From: a bacterium
Lineage (GTDB): Bacteria > DRYD01
Assembly: GCA_030549815.1 (NCBI GenBank)
Contig: JAUQQQ010000005.1
Location: forward strand, 6,739-70,738
DNA length: 64,000 nt
Direction: 5' to 3'
Positions 20,973 through 29,379 of the stretch are shown here, piece after piece. The notes under the pieces are model-generated. The model had not been told where the DNA came from, did no database searches, and saw only the letters and a list, made by a program, of their open reading frames with translations. The number at the start of each line of letters is the position of its first letter. Position 1 is the first letter of the stretch. The position numbers were made by a program, and so were the translations under genes.

Positions 20973-21698
20973 TTATCCAAATCCGAATAGTTTCTTAACG
21001 CCTTCAAAAATTCCTTTACCTACCTCAACTATTCCACCAACTATACCGCCTGCTACTTTACCGATAAATCCTCCAACTGCTTGACCAAGGGCACTTCCTC
21101 CAATACTACCAACAATACCTCCAAGTAATCCACCAACCAATGTTCCAACACCTGGGAATATAGCAGTTCCTAAGGCAGCCCCGATAGATGCACCTGCTTG
21201 CCAACCAACAAATCCTCCGGCAATTCCACCTACTGTTCCACCAACAGATCCACCAATTGCCATACCATAATCTATTGCATTAGGTGGTTGTAATGGAGCA
21301 GGGAAAGGAGGTAATCCTCCAAGTGGAGGAGGAAATCCGATTGGTGGATATGGCATTCCCCCAAATGGAGGTGGAAGTGGAGAACCACAATATGGTGGGA
21401 AAGAAGGAACTCCACCAAAACCTGGGAATCCCCCACCTATCGGACCAAATATTGGTGGTTGATGGCAACCACATTGTTGTGATTGCAATAATTGAATTAG
21501 TAACATTATTAATTGTATTATAATGAATGGTGGTATTTGTGGTTGGCAACAACCACCTGGCATTATACCCATTCCTATGTTTATATTTACATTAGTTAAG
21601 TTATAAGCCCTATATGCATTTAATATTGTTTCCACTTGTTGTTGTCTTATAAGTGATAGCCAAGCTCCATCACCATACAATCCTGGTCCTGGCATCAT
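20973..21698 (-). CDS. Gly/Pro-rich protein with Cys pairs, a central hydrophobic segment and a C-terminal glycine-zipper region (hypothetical)
   Basis: Strong SD (AGGAGGTG) 9 nt upstream of ATGATG. Composition: a GxxxG-repeat C-terminal third (GGIAGGFVGWQAGASIGAALGTAIFPGVGTLVGGLLGGIVGSIGG...), a PG-rich middle, and CC / CGC motifs. Local nucleotide composition is visibly more GC-rich than its surroundings. The terminator lies downstream. Confidence 0.6.
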   Translation of the reverse strand: MMPGPGLYGDGAWLSLIRQQQVETILNAYRAYNLTNVNINIGMGIMPGGCCQPQIPPFIIIQLIMLLIQLLQSQQCGCHQPPIFGPIGGGFPGFGGVPSFPPYCGSPLPPPFGGMPYPPIGFPPPLGGLPPFPAPLQPPNAIDYGMAIGGSVGGTVGGIAGGFVGWQAGASIGAALGTAIFPGVGTLVGGLLGGIVGSIGGSALGQAVGGFIGKVAGGIVGGIVEVGKGIFEGVKKLFGFG

Positions 21699-21880
21699 AT
21701 TTTTTCACCTCCTATTTTTTTCTTCATTATATATATAACATAAACATAAAAAAATGAAAATATTCTGAACCTTTTTTAACATTTTTTTTACATTTCTATT
21801 TACTATTGTAAAATAAGTAAAGTATTCAAAAAAAAGGAAAGAGATAATGAATAGTGAAAAATATAAATGAAAAGTAAAAA

Positions 21881-22507
21881 ATGGGTAAGATTTATATTTT
21901 TCCACTGATTAATGTTGTACTAATGCCCGGAAACATAGTGGGAATAATTATTAATGATGAAAAATTATTGAATAATCTTTCATCTCATGAAAGGAAATTT
22001 ATAGCATCTTTAGTTAAAGATGAAAAAAAATTAGAGCTTAATGATTACGGATGTTTATGCGAAATAATAGGAATGCAAAAGTTATCTAAAAATACTTTTA
22101 TCTTACAATTAAAAGTATCAAAAAGAGTAAAAATAGGAAAAATAGAATTCGATGATATATACCCATTTACAGAAAATTACAAAGTATTAGAAGAAAATAT
22201 AGAAGATGATCCTATTACCAAAGAAAAGCTTCTTAGTTTAGCACAAAAATATATACCCTTCCTTAACTACGAAAACATTTCATCTTTAAGGGACAAAGAT
22301 CTATGCTCCTTAACAGATATTATCGTTTCTATAATGAAAGCTAATATAAAGATAAAACAACAATTTTTAGAAGAACCTATGTGTTTAATAAGAGCCCAAA
22401 AACTAATAGAATTATTAGAACAAATATTGAAAAGATGGCCAGGTAAAATAATTATCCTGAAAAGCTTCCTACCAAAACCATTACCAACAACCATTTACCT
22501 AACATGA
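21881..22507 (+). CDS. Lon N-terminal (LON substrate-binding) domain protein
   Basis: N-terminus IYIFPLINVVLMPGNIVGIIINDEKLL matches the Lon-N block (lPLfPL..vVLFPg..lpL.IfE.ry). 208 aa, with no ATPase or protease domain. Confidence 0.5.
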   Translation: MGKIYIFPLINVVLMPGNIVGIIINDEKLLNNLSSHERKFIASLVKDEKKLELNDYGCLCEIIGMQKLSKNTFILQLKVSKRVKIGKIEFDDIYPFTENYKVLEENIEDDPITKEKLLSLAQKYIPFLNYENISSLRDKDLCSLTDIIVSIMKANIKIKQQFLEEPMCLIRAQKLIELLEQILKRWPGKIIILKSFLPKPLPTTIYLT

Positions 22508-23280
22508 TTTTAAAACAAGAAAAAGGGAAATTAATAATAAAAATAGATAAATTGGAACAAAATGAAATAATAAAAAAATTAGAAGAATTTACAGTTAAAG
22601 GATTAAAAGAGATAGCAGAAAAAAACCAAGTTATACTCGATTTAGGTGACTTGGGATTAAACGAAGATGATTTTAAAAACTTAATTAAAATTTTTTATAA
22701 CTTTTCAATCCCTATTGATTCCATAAGAAATACTAACCCTATAACTAAAATGATTTCGATAAATTATGGGATACCTGTGGATGCTCCTTCAATAATTAAT
22801 ACTCAAAATAAACTTAATCCTCGTGCTAATCCCATAAAAGATGAAATTCCTAAAATAAATAATGATAAAACAAACAAATCTCAAAATTTATCTGCACCCA
22901 CCTTGCCTAACCTAAACCAAGAAACAAATGGTATATTGATATACAGAAAAAATGTCAGGAGTGGTTCAGTACTGGAAAGTGAAAAAACAATTTTACTAAT
23001 AGGTAACGTTAATCCAGGAGCAGAAATAAAAAGTTCAAACAGTATTATAATTTTAGGTAAATTAATGGGGACAGCACACGCAGGATACCCTAATAATCCT
23101 AACGCAATCATCTTTACACTTAAACTTAAAAATCCTCTCATAAAAATAGCGGATATGGTAGCCGAATTCGATGAAGAATCTATAAAAAAACAAGTTAAAT
23201 CCAGAGAAATTTCTAACATCCTATTTTATTCAGACAATAACTCCATAAGGATGGAAATAATAAAAGAACAAAAGGAGTGA
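22504..23280 (+). CDS. minC: Septum site-determining protein MinC
   Basis: C-terminal beta-helix block RSGSVLESEKTILLIGNVNPGAEIKSSNSIIILGKLMGTAHAG matches the MinC C-domain (GDVNPGAEV...VLG.LRG.AHAG). It lies immediately upstream of minD and minE. Confidence 0.7.
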   Translation: MILKQEKGKLIIKIDKLEQNEIIKKLEEFTVKGLKEIAEKNQVILDLGDLGLNEDDFKNLIKIFYNFSIPIDSIRNTNPITKMISINYGIPVDAPSIINTQNKLNPRANPIKDEIPKINNDKTNKSQNLSAPTLPNLNQETNGILIYRKNVRSGSVLESEKTILLIGNVNPGAEIKSSNSIIILGKLMGTAHAGYPNNPNAIIFTLKLKNPLIKIADMVAEFDEESIKKQVKSREISNILFYSDNNSIRMEIIKEQKE

Positions 23281-23287
23281 AGGAAAA

Positions 23288-24103
23288 GTGGAAAAACTAA
23301 AAAGATCAATAGTCGTTACTTCAGGGAAAGGCGGAGTTGGTAAAACTACAATTACCGCCAATATAGGAGCTGCATTGGCAAATATGAACTACGGTGTTGT
23401 TTTAGTTGATGCTGACGTTGGACTTAGAAATTTAGATTTAGTATTAGGATTAGAAAATAGAATAGTTTTTGATTTACTTGATGTAATAGAAAACAGATGC
23501 AGAAGTTATAAACAAGCATTAATAAAGGATAAAAGGATAGGTAATCTTTATCTACTTCCAGCACCACAAACAAAACAAAAAGAAGACGTCCCAATAGAAA
23601 AATTCAAAGAATTAATAGAAGAAATAAGAAATGATTTTGATTTTGTTATAATAGACTGCCCTGCAGGAATAGAACACGGCTTCAAAATGTCAGCCGAAGC
23701 TGCAATCGAATCCATAGTTGTAACAACTCCCGACCTTTCGTCAATAAGAGACGCTGATAGAGTTATAGCTACTTTAGAATCTATGGAAAAAAATCCACCA
23801 AAATTGATAATTAATAGACTTAAGAAGCATATGGTAAAAAAATCTCAGATGTTATCAATTGAAGATATCCTCGAAACTTTAAATGTAGAATTATTAGGAG
23901 TTGTTCCCGATGATGAATATATAACCATCTCAACAAATAATGGAGAACCCGTAGTCTTAAACAAAACTAAACCCCTTTATAAGTATTTTCATAACATAGC
24001 TCAACGAATTATAGATCCACAAGTCGCTTTAGAAAACCCATTCAATGAAGGAAACATTTTCCAAAAATTCGCCAGCTTAGTGGGATTAAAGAAACCAAAG
24101 TAG
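23288..24103 (+). CDS. minD: Septum site-determining ATPase MinD
   Basis: Deviant Walker A SGKGGVGKTT. DADVGLRNLDL block. MinD-type length (271 aa). Gene order minC-minD-minE. Confidence 0.9.
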   Translation: MEKLKRSIVVTSGKGGVGKTTITANIGAALANMNYGVVLVDADVGLRNLDLVLGLENRIVFDLLDVIENRCRSYKQALIKDKRIGNLYLLPAPQTKQKEDVPIEKFKELIEEIRNDFDFVIIDCPAGIEHGFKMSAEAAIESIVVTTPDLSSIRDADRVIATLESMEKNPPKLIINRLKKHMVKKSQMLSIEDILETLNVELLGVVPDDEYITISTNNGEPVVLNKTKPLYKYFHNIAQRIIDPQVALENPFNEGNIFQKFASLVGLKKPK

Positions 24104-24114
24104 GAGGGAAAATA

Positions 24115-24399
24115 ATGTCTCTACCTTCCTGGCTCGAAGAATTAATAAAAGTATTCAAAAAAGAAAAAAAATCATCCAAAATAGCTAAAGAAAGACTGCA
24201 GCTAGTTATAGTCCATGATAGATCACAAGAAAAAAATGAAACAATCGAGAAATTAAAAGAAGATTTAATAGAATTACTATCAAAATACAGGGATGAAGTA
24301 GAAACAGAAGAAATGGATTTCGTTATAAAAGCTGATAACAAAAGAGTATCCTTAGTCGCATCAATACCACTAAAAACCAAAACTATTTCAAAACATTAA
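24115..24399 (+). CDS. minE: Cell division topological specificity factor MinE
   Basis: 94 aa. KERLQLVIVHDR motif typical of MinE. Directly downstream of minD. Confidence 0.8.
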   Translation: MSLPSWLEELIKVFKKEKKSSKIAKERLQLVIVHDRSQEKNETIEKLKEDLIELLSKYRDEVETEEMDFVIKADNKRVSLVASIPLKTKTISKH

Positions 24400-25376
24400 T
24401 GGGAAAGTTAGAATATGCATATTCATGGCTTATAGCAATATTGGCTTTACTCGTTTCAATAAACGTGGGTTCTATACTCACATTCTTCCTCTTTTTAACT
24501 ATTTTCTCTACTTTAATAATATCTCTTATCTATCCCCTAATAATTAGAAAATATATAGAAATAGAAAGATTTTCAATACAATCAACAAACATCTACAAAG
24601 GCCAAAACTTTAAAATTAAAATCTTTATAAAAAATAACTCATCACTACCAATTATACTACTAAAAATAAAAACAAATGATAAACATTTAGAACAAAAAGA
24701 GTCAACTATTTTCTATATAGAATCTAAAAAAATAAAAGAACATACCTTAGAATTAAAAGCTATAAAAAGAGGTTTTATAGATAATTTAGAAATACTAATT
24801 AATATTAGTCTTTTCTTTGATTTATTCCCATCGATTAAAAAAAATATAAATACTTCTTTTTATATTTATCCTAACTTCTCAGCAATAAATTATACCAATA
24901 TTTTACCTTCACAAGACACAAACTTAGGATTAATATATAAATTAACAGAGGAAGGAGAATTTTTTGCAATAAGAGACTATCAATTTGACGATATAAAAAA
25001 AATATCATGGAAACATTGGGCTAAAACGGGAAAATTAGTAGTTAAACAAAAAGCACAGTACACAACCCCAAAATTATTCTTCATTATATTTAACCTATCT
25101 ACAGAAGAGTCTAAAGATGAAGAACTTGTAGAAAAAACTAATACATTTTTTAAATATCTGCTTTCACAAAATATAGAAATATATGCAACAACTTTAGAAA
25201 GACAAGATGAATACCAACACATAACAAACCTAAAGAATTCCTTAGTTTTTCTATCTAAATTGGAATTTTTAAAAAATAAAGAAATTCCAAGTAATATCAA
25301 AAAAATAAATGAAAATAACACATTCTTTATTGTTAATAAGGATCTAAATTTAAATGTCCCTAAAATAAGTTTTTAG
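24399..25376 (+). CDS. DUF58 domain membrane protein
   Basis: TAATG overlap with minE. N-terminal TM helices. FAIRDYQFDDIKKISWKHWAKTGKLVVKQ matches the DUF58 core (R.Y..GD..R.I.WK..AR.g.L.V.e). Confidence 0.5.
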   Translation: MGKLEYAYSWLIAILALLVSINVGSILTFFLFLTIFSTLIISLIYPLIIRKYIEIERFSIQSTNIYKGQNFKIKIFIKNNSSLPIILLKIKTNDKHLEQKESTIFYIESKKIKEHTLELKAIKRGFIDNLEILINISLFFDLFPSIKKNINTSFYIYPNFSAINYTNILPSQDTNLGLIYKLTEEGEFFAIRDYQFDDIKKISWKHWAKTGKLVVKQKAQYTTPKLFFIIFNLSTEESKDEELVEKTNTFFKYLLSQNIEIYATTLERQDEYQHITNLKNSLVFLSKLEFLKNKEIPSNIKKINENNTFFIVNKDLNLNVPKISF

Positions 25377-25496
25377 AAGTACCATTTTGTCTTAAAAAAT
25401 CATCCTAAAAATGTAAAAAAAATGTAAAAAAATTTTCAATCTATTAGGGAAAAAACAAAAAATAACAAAATTTAAAATAGAGGGTGTTACTATAAA

Positions 25497-27095
25497 ATGA
25501 TAAAAAAAAAAGAAGGATTTTACCTTTACTTATGGTTAGGACTTTTTGCATTATTTATTAGTTTTTTTGGTATCGTTCTATTCAATTACGTAGGAGCGGA
25601 TATCAAAGCAACTAGGAGCATTTACCAAGACTCCAGACTCTACTATGATATAAAATCAATTCTAGTATCAATTACAGAAATATACAGAGAAAGTAACTTC
25701 AACTCCCCCAATAACCCTTCAATTCGAAGAGGACAGTATGAATACAAAAATGGATCAAAAAGATATCAAGTTGATTATGAAATCAATCCATTAAATAGCA
25801 CCCATTTACTAATTGAAATTCATGAGAATAACAAACTACGGGCAAGAGGAATTGTTAAATGGAGAGAAAACATAAGTGATTTTGCTCTTATTACAGCAAA
25901 AAATAATGAAGAGTTTAAATCAAATTCATTCTATTCTTCTGCAGCAATTTTCTCTAACACCATAACTATACCCGAAACTAACAGATTTATTTTTAATAAA
26001 GTAGTAATAAATGAAGATACAATAGTAAATGGAATAGGTCCACTTAATAACCTACAGGAAATGCAAAAATTTGCTCAATTTATCGAAATTAATAACTCTC
26101 TTAACGATATAATTCAATACTATAATCAAGTACTAAACGAAGTATATGACAAAATTGTTACACCCTTAAACTCAACATATACTTCGCAATACTCTAATGC
26201 AGGAAATGTTGTTTTAACACCATATGGAGGAATATATATCAAACGAATAAATACACTTCAAGCAATAAAAATAAACTTCTCAATTCAAAATGGTAATCAA
26301 ATCATAGAATTCTTCGGAATACAAAATAATAATATTACCGGTCGCATTGCAACATTTAAACATATATTACAAGAACCTGACGTAGTTACCTTACAAAATG
26401 GAAATGAAGTAATTTCAAATGATAATACCATAATCAATAGCATTAGATCTCATAACCCCTACATAGTAATAAACCCCATATCAAAAATATTACAACACAA
26501 TGATCTTTATACAATCTACACAAACCTAAATATGGATAACACCATAATATACAGCGAAATACCTTTAGAAATAGGAAGTGATGGTCCTGACAACCCTAAT
26601 AATGCTACAATAAACACAAAAATAATGATAATAACTCCTAACAATATTATCATCAAAAATAACATCCTTTACTCCCACTTTAATAATCTATCAAATTACA
26701 TTAATCAAATAGAAAACAATAATACAATCAATTTAAGAGATAGTAACGATCTATTACGAATAATAGCAGATAACATAACTTTTGATACATCTGAATTCCA
26801 ACAAACTGATACTAACAAAAATACAATGTGCTTGAATGGACAGTTTGTAGCAATGTTTAGTAGAAATAGTCAAGTGAGAATTACTAACCCTAGCAACATT
26901 TCCAATTTCTTCATCTTTGGATCTCTACAAGCATCACAGAGAATGAACTTTGATCAAAATTTTCAAGAAAGATATATATTAGATGGAAGACTTACTACTT
27001 TAGACCCAACTCTATCAATTATTATTGATAACATAGACAATTCTATATACCTTAATAAAGTGAGTGTCTTGGGAATAGAAATATTGAGCAAATAA
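25497..27095 (+). CDS. N-rich membrane-anchored / secreted protein (hypothetical)
   Basis: 532 aa. N-terminal hydrophobic anchor (FYLYLWLGLFALFISFFGIVLF). Asn/Ile-rich, beta-rich composition. It sits immediately upstream of the prepilin-Hint gene. Confidence 0.45.
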   Translation: MIKKKEGFYLYLWLGLFALFISFFGIVLFNYVGADIKATRSIYQDSRLYYDIKSILVSITEIYRESNFNSPNNPSIRRGQYEYKNGSKRYQVDYEINPLNSTHLLIEIHENNKLRARGIVKWRENISDFALITAKNNEEFKSNSFYSSAAIFSNTITIPETNRFIFNKVVINEDTIVNGIGPLNNLQEMQKFAQFIEINNSLNDIIQYYNQVLNEVYDKIVTPLNSTYTSQYSNAGNVVLTPYGGIYIKRINTLQAIKINFSIQNGNQIIEFFGIQNNNITGRIATFKHILQEPDVVTLQNGNEVISNDNTIINSIRSHNPYIVINPISKILQHNDLYTIYTNLNMDNTIIYSEIPLEIGSDGPDNPNNATINTKIMIITPNNIIIKNNILYSHFNNLSNYINQIENNNTINLRDSNDLLRIIADNITFDTSEFQQTDTNKNTMCLNGQFVAMFSRNSQVRITNPSNISNFFIFGSLQASQRMNFDQNFQERYILDGRLTTLDPTLSIIIDNIDNSIYLNKVSVLGIEILSK

Positions 27096-27107
27096 GGGGG
27101 TGAATTT

Positions 27108-28385
27108 ATGAAAACAAAAAAAGGAATTACTATCGTTGAAGTCGTAATTAGTTTTACTATTGCTCTTATACTCATCATGTCCCTATATATGATAGTTTAC
27201 TGGGGAACTAATACAAACACCATAAACAATAAAATAATAAGAATAAACAACGCAATGACTTTTATTCAACAAGATATGCTTAATAATACACCATTGTATT
27301 TCGAATTACAATCAAACGGTTCCATAAACCCTAAGCAAAATATCAACGATATATTAAAAACAAGATTACAACAATTCAAGTTAAATGATCCCATCATCAT
27401 AAACGTGAGATTGGTAAGCTTTCAAAGAGAAAGAATAAACAATTCATTACAACAATTCAATAATATATATAGAGTAAGGATAGAAATAGAATGGATACAT
27501 AAAGGACAAAATAGACGTTATCAAACCGATTTTCTTATTAGCGACTATAGCCTAAAAAAAATCTCTTCCTCACAAGATCCCGTATCAACCAGCCTTAGGA
27601 TTAATTTACCAAATAACTACTATTCGCCCGTAATCAGAGAAACCTATGTTGATGGCATTCCTGGTGTTAATCCAGGCACTCCTTCTAGTCCAGGCACTCC
27701 TTCTGACCCAGGCACTCCTTCTGACCCAGGCACTCCTTCTGACCCAGGCACTCCTTCTGACCCAGGCACTCCTTCTGAGCCAGGCACCCCCTCTGACCCA
27801 GGTGGAGGTTTTGGAGGTGGAGGATGTTTTGAAAAAGGAACACTTATACCTGTCTGCAAAAATGGAAAAATTTTAACCAAAAATATTGAAGATATAAATG
27901 AGCAAGATTTTGTTGTATCTTTCCATAATAACCAAATTATGCCCATAAAAGTCGAAAAGTTACATGCACACGAAGGAGAATTCCAAATTGTTCAAATTCA
28001 AACCAAATCAGGATTGACCTTCAGAGCAACACATAATCATCCTGCAATAGTTAATAACTGTCTCAGAAAATTTGGAAAGCTACAAATTGGAGACTATATC
28101 ACTATTCTAAAAGATAATCAAATAATTACCGACCAGATATCCAATATATCCACACAAATAATCAAAGGTAAAGTATATTCTATTGAGATTGAATCAAATG
28201 AAAAATATTGCTATAACCACTTTATAGGAAATAATGATGCTTTTATGTTAGTAAACTGTGGTATGATGAAAATTAGTAAAGTATTAGCTAATCTATGTGT
28301 TTCAACTCTTTCATTAATTACAAGCATAGCTATAGGAACAGTAGTTAAAACCTATGGATTACCAGGAGGTTCACAAACAAAATAA
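27108..28385 (+). CDS. Prepilin-type N-terminal domain protein with a (PGTPSD)7 linker, a Hint (intein/Hedgehog-like) autoprocessing domain and a C-terminal hydrophobic tail
   Basis: SD AAGGGGGTG upstream. N-terminus KKG|ITIVEVVISFTIALILIM is the class III signal / prepilin cleavage-methylation motif. The Hint domain spans 27825-28256. It opens with GGGG|CFEKGTLIPV (Gly-Cys-Phe), includes the TxxH block (RATHNHPA) and ends VYSIEIESNEKYCYNHFIGNNDAFMLVN|C. Confidence 0.65.
   Translation: MKTKKGITIVEVVISFTIALILIMSLYMIVYWGTNTNTINNKIIRINNAMTFIQQDMLNNTPLYFELQSNGSINPKQNINDILKTRLQQFKLNDPIIINVRLVSFQRERINNSLQQFNNIYRVRIEIEWIHKGQNRRYQTDFLISDYSLKKISSSQDPVSTSLRINLPNNYYSPVIRETYVDGIPGVNPGTPSSPGTPSDPGTPSDPGTPSDPGTPSDPGTPSEPGTPSDPGGGFGGGGCFEKGTLIPVCKNGKILTKNIEDINEQDFVVSFHNNQIMPIKVEKLHAHEGEFQIVQIQTKSGLTFRATHNHPAIVNNCLRKFGKLQIGDYITILKDNQIITDQISNISTQIIKGKVYSIEIESNEKYCYNHFIGNNDAFMLVNCGMMKISKVLANLCVSTLSLITSIAIGTVVKTYGLPGGSQTK
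27672..27797 (+). repeat. Perfect or near-perfect 18-nt tandem repeat x7 (coding, PGTPS[D/S/E])
   Basis: ccaggcactccttctgac repeated 7 times with 2-3 single-nucleotide variants. In frame inside the 27108-28385 CDS. It creates spurious ORFs on both strands (27644-27946, 27646-27876). Confidence 0.9.
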
Positions 28386-28617
28386 TAAAAAAGATACTAT
28401 AGAGAAATTCCACGTAATGATAAATTACTAAAGAAATCAATACACATCTAAACTATAACCAAAGATTCATGATCACCATTTTCATTTTTTTAACCCTTCC
28501 AGTTTTCTTTCTACACTTTTTAAAGATAATTTTAGTTTATAGATAATTTTGTATGTTTACCATGAAACATCTATTTGTTTTGATAAAAATTTATTATCTA
28601 TTAAACCTTATAAAATC

Positions 28618-28836
28618 TCAATATTTCTTTTCTAAAATTGCATTAAATTCATTTTCACAATCACAGCAACATTTGCAATAGTTACAGATTGAACATTTTA
28701 TACCATAACAATCCAAACAATCACATTCTTCTTTATTTTTGCAAGAACAGTATCCACTTTCTGTACAACATCTACAGTTGTATCCTTCGCATTTACAATT
28801 CCTACACTTACATAATAACATGATTAAGTTCATCAA
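28618..28836 (-). CDS. Small Cys-rich protein (22 Cys in 72 aa), hypothetical
   Basis: Uninterrupted minus-strand frame in otherwise stop-dense AT-rich DNA. CxC/CC/CxxC motifs throughout (CKCRNCKCEGYNCRCCTESGYCSCKNKEECDCLDCYGIKCSICNYCKCCCDC). Start is TTG at 28836 or ATG at 28833. There is no strong SD, so coding status is uncertain. Confidence 0.4.
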   Translation of the reverse strand: MMNLIMLLCKCRNCKCEGYNCRCCTESGYCSCKNKEECDCLDCYGIKCSICNYCKCCCDCENEFNAILEKKY

Positions 28837-29007
28837 AAAACGTAGATTATCAACAATCCTTTCCTGATAACCTCACAATGGTTCGGACATTTTGTCATAA
28901 TAAAACCCTTCACTTTACCACTACTTTAGTGATAACCAAATTATAAATCAAACTCTTTAACCCGCACATGTATACCAGCATTCTTGCAATGATTTTATTA
29001 AAAAATT

Positions 29008-29316
29008 TTAAAAAACTATTTGTAATTTAGTTAAATTTTGTCTATGTCCTCTTTTCTTTCTGTATCTTTTTTTGGGAGTATATTTGAAGTCTACGATTTT
29101 AGGGCCTTTAAAGTGTTCTAAAACCCTGGCTTTTATAGTTTTGTTAAGATAAGGCTTACCTACTTGCAATTCTTTTCCATCATAAAAGAGTAACGTATTT
29201 TTAATTTCTATTTCTTTCCCCACTTCTTCATCTATTTTTTCAGTAGTGATTACTTGCCCATTTTCTACTTTGTATTGATGTCCTTTCACCTCTATTATTG
29301 CAAACACGCTTACCAC
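29008..29316 (-). CDS. rplU: 50S ribosomal protein L21 (bL21)
   Basis: IIEVKGHQYKV.NGQVI..EKI...G.EI (the L21 N-terminal pattern A.IETGGKQYKV). C-terminal FKYTPKKRYRKKRGHRQNLT matches the conserved KRRK.Y.RK.GHRQ block. Confidence 0.85.
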   Translation of the reverse strand: MVSVFAIIEVKGHQYKVENGQVITTEKIDEEVGKEIEIKNTLLFYDGKELQVGKPYLNKTIKARVLEHFKGPKIVDFKYTPKKRYRKKRGHRQNLTKLQIVF

Positions 29317-29379
29317 TCCTTAACTTTTGGGTTCTATTAATAACAATTCTATAATCTTCCAAAACTGTCCTTCTTTAAT

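Noticed and set aside
25497-27095. Prepilin-type leader in the 532-aa protein upstream of the Hint-pilin gene
   Set aside because: It has a hydrophobic N-terminal anchor following KKKEG, but lacks the conserved Glu at +5 after the putative cleavage Gly (GFYLYLWLG). It is called only as a membrane-anchored hypothetical.
27672-27797. 18-nt x7 tandem repeat as a possible CRISPR-like or regulatory array
   Set aside because: Repeats are contiguous with no spacers, in frame within a CDS, and encode a Pro/Thr/Ser/Asp linker. No CRISPR array was found anywhere in the window.
27644-27946. ORFs on both strands across the PGTPSD repeat (27644-27946 minus, 27646-27876 plus), and other antisense/alternative-frame ORFs inside strong genes (e.g. 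758-943, 1414-1653, 5334-5579, 21280-21552, 42955-43170, 59111-59374, 34618-34839)
   Set aside because: They lie entirely within, or overlap, much longer motif-supported CDSs. They are products of tandem repeats or of stop-poor antisense frames in biased sequence. None has an RBS or recognisable motifs.
27825-28256. Hint domain as a conventional intein inside a housekeeping gene
   Set aside because: The host is a pilin-like secreted protein. The segment after the Hint domain is only 41 aa and hydrophobic. There is no homing-endonuclease insertion and the penultimate residue is Val rather than His. It fits a BIL/Hog-type autoprocessing module better.
28618-28836. Cys-rich ORF as the missing L27 (rpmA)
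   Set aside because: No similarity to the L27 signature (no HKKGGGSTRNGRDS-type N-terminus). It is Cys-rich instead of Gly/Arg/Lys-rich.
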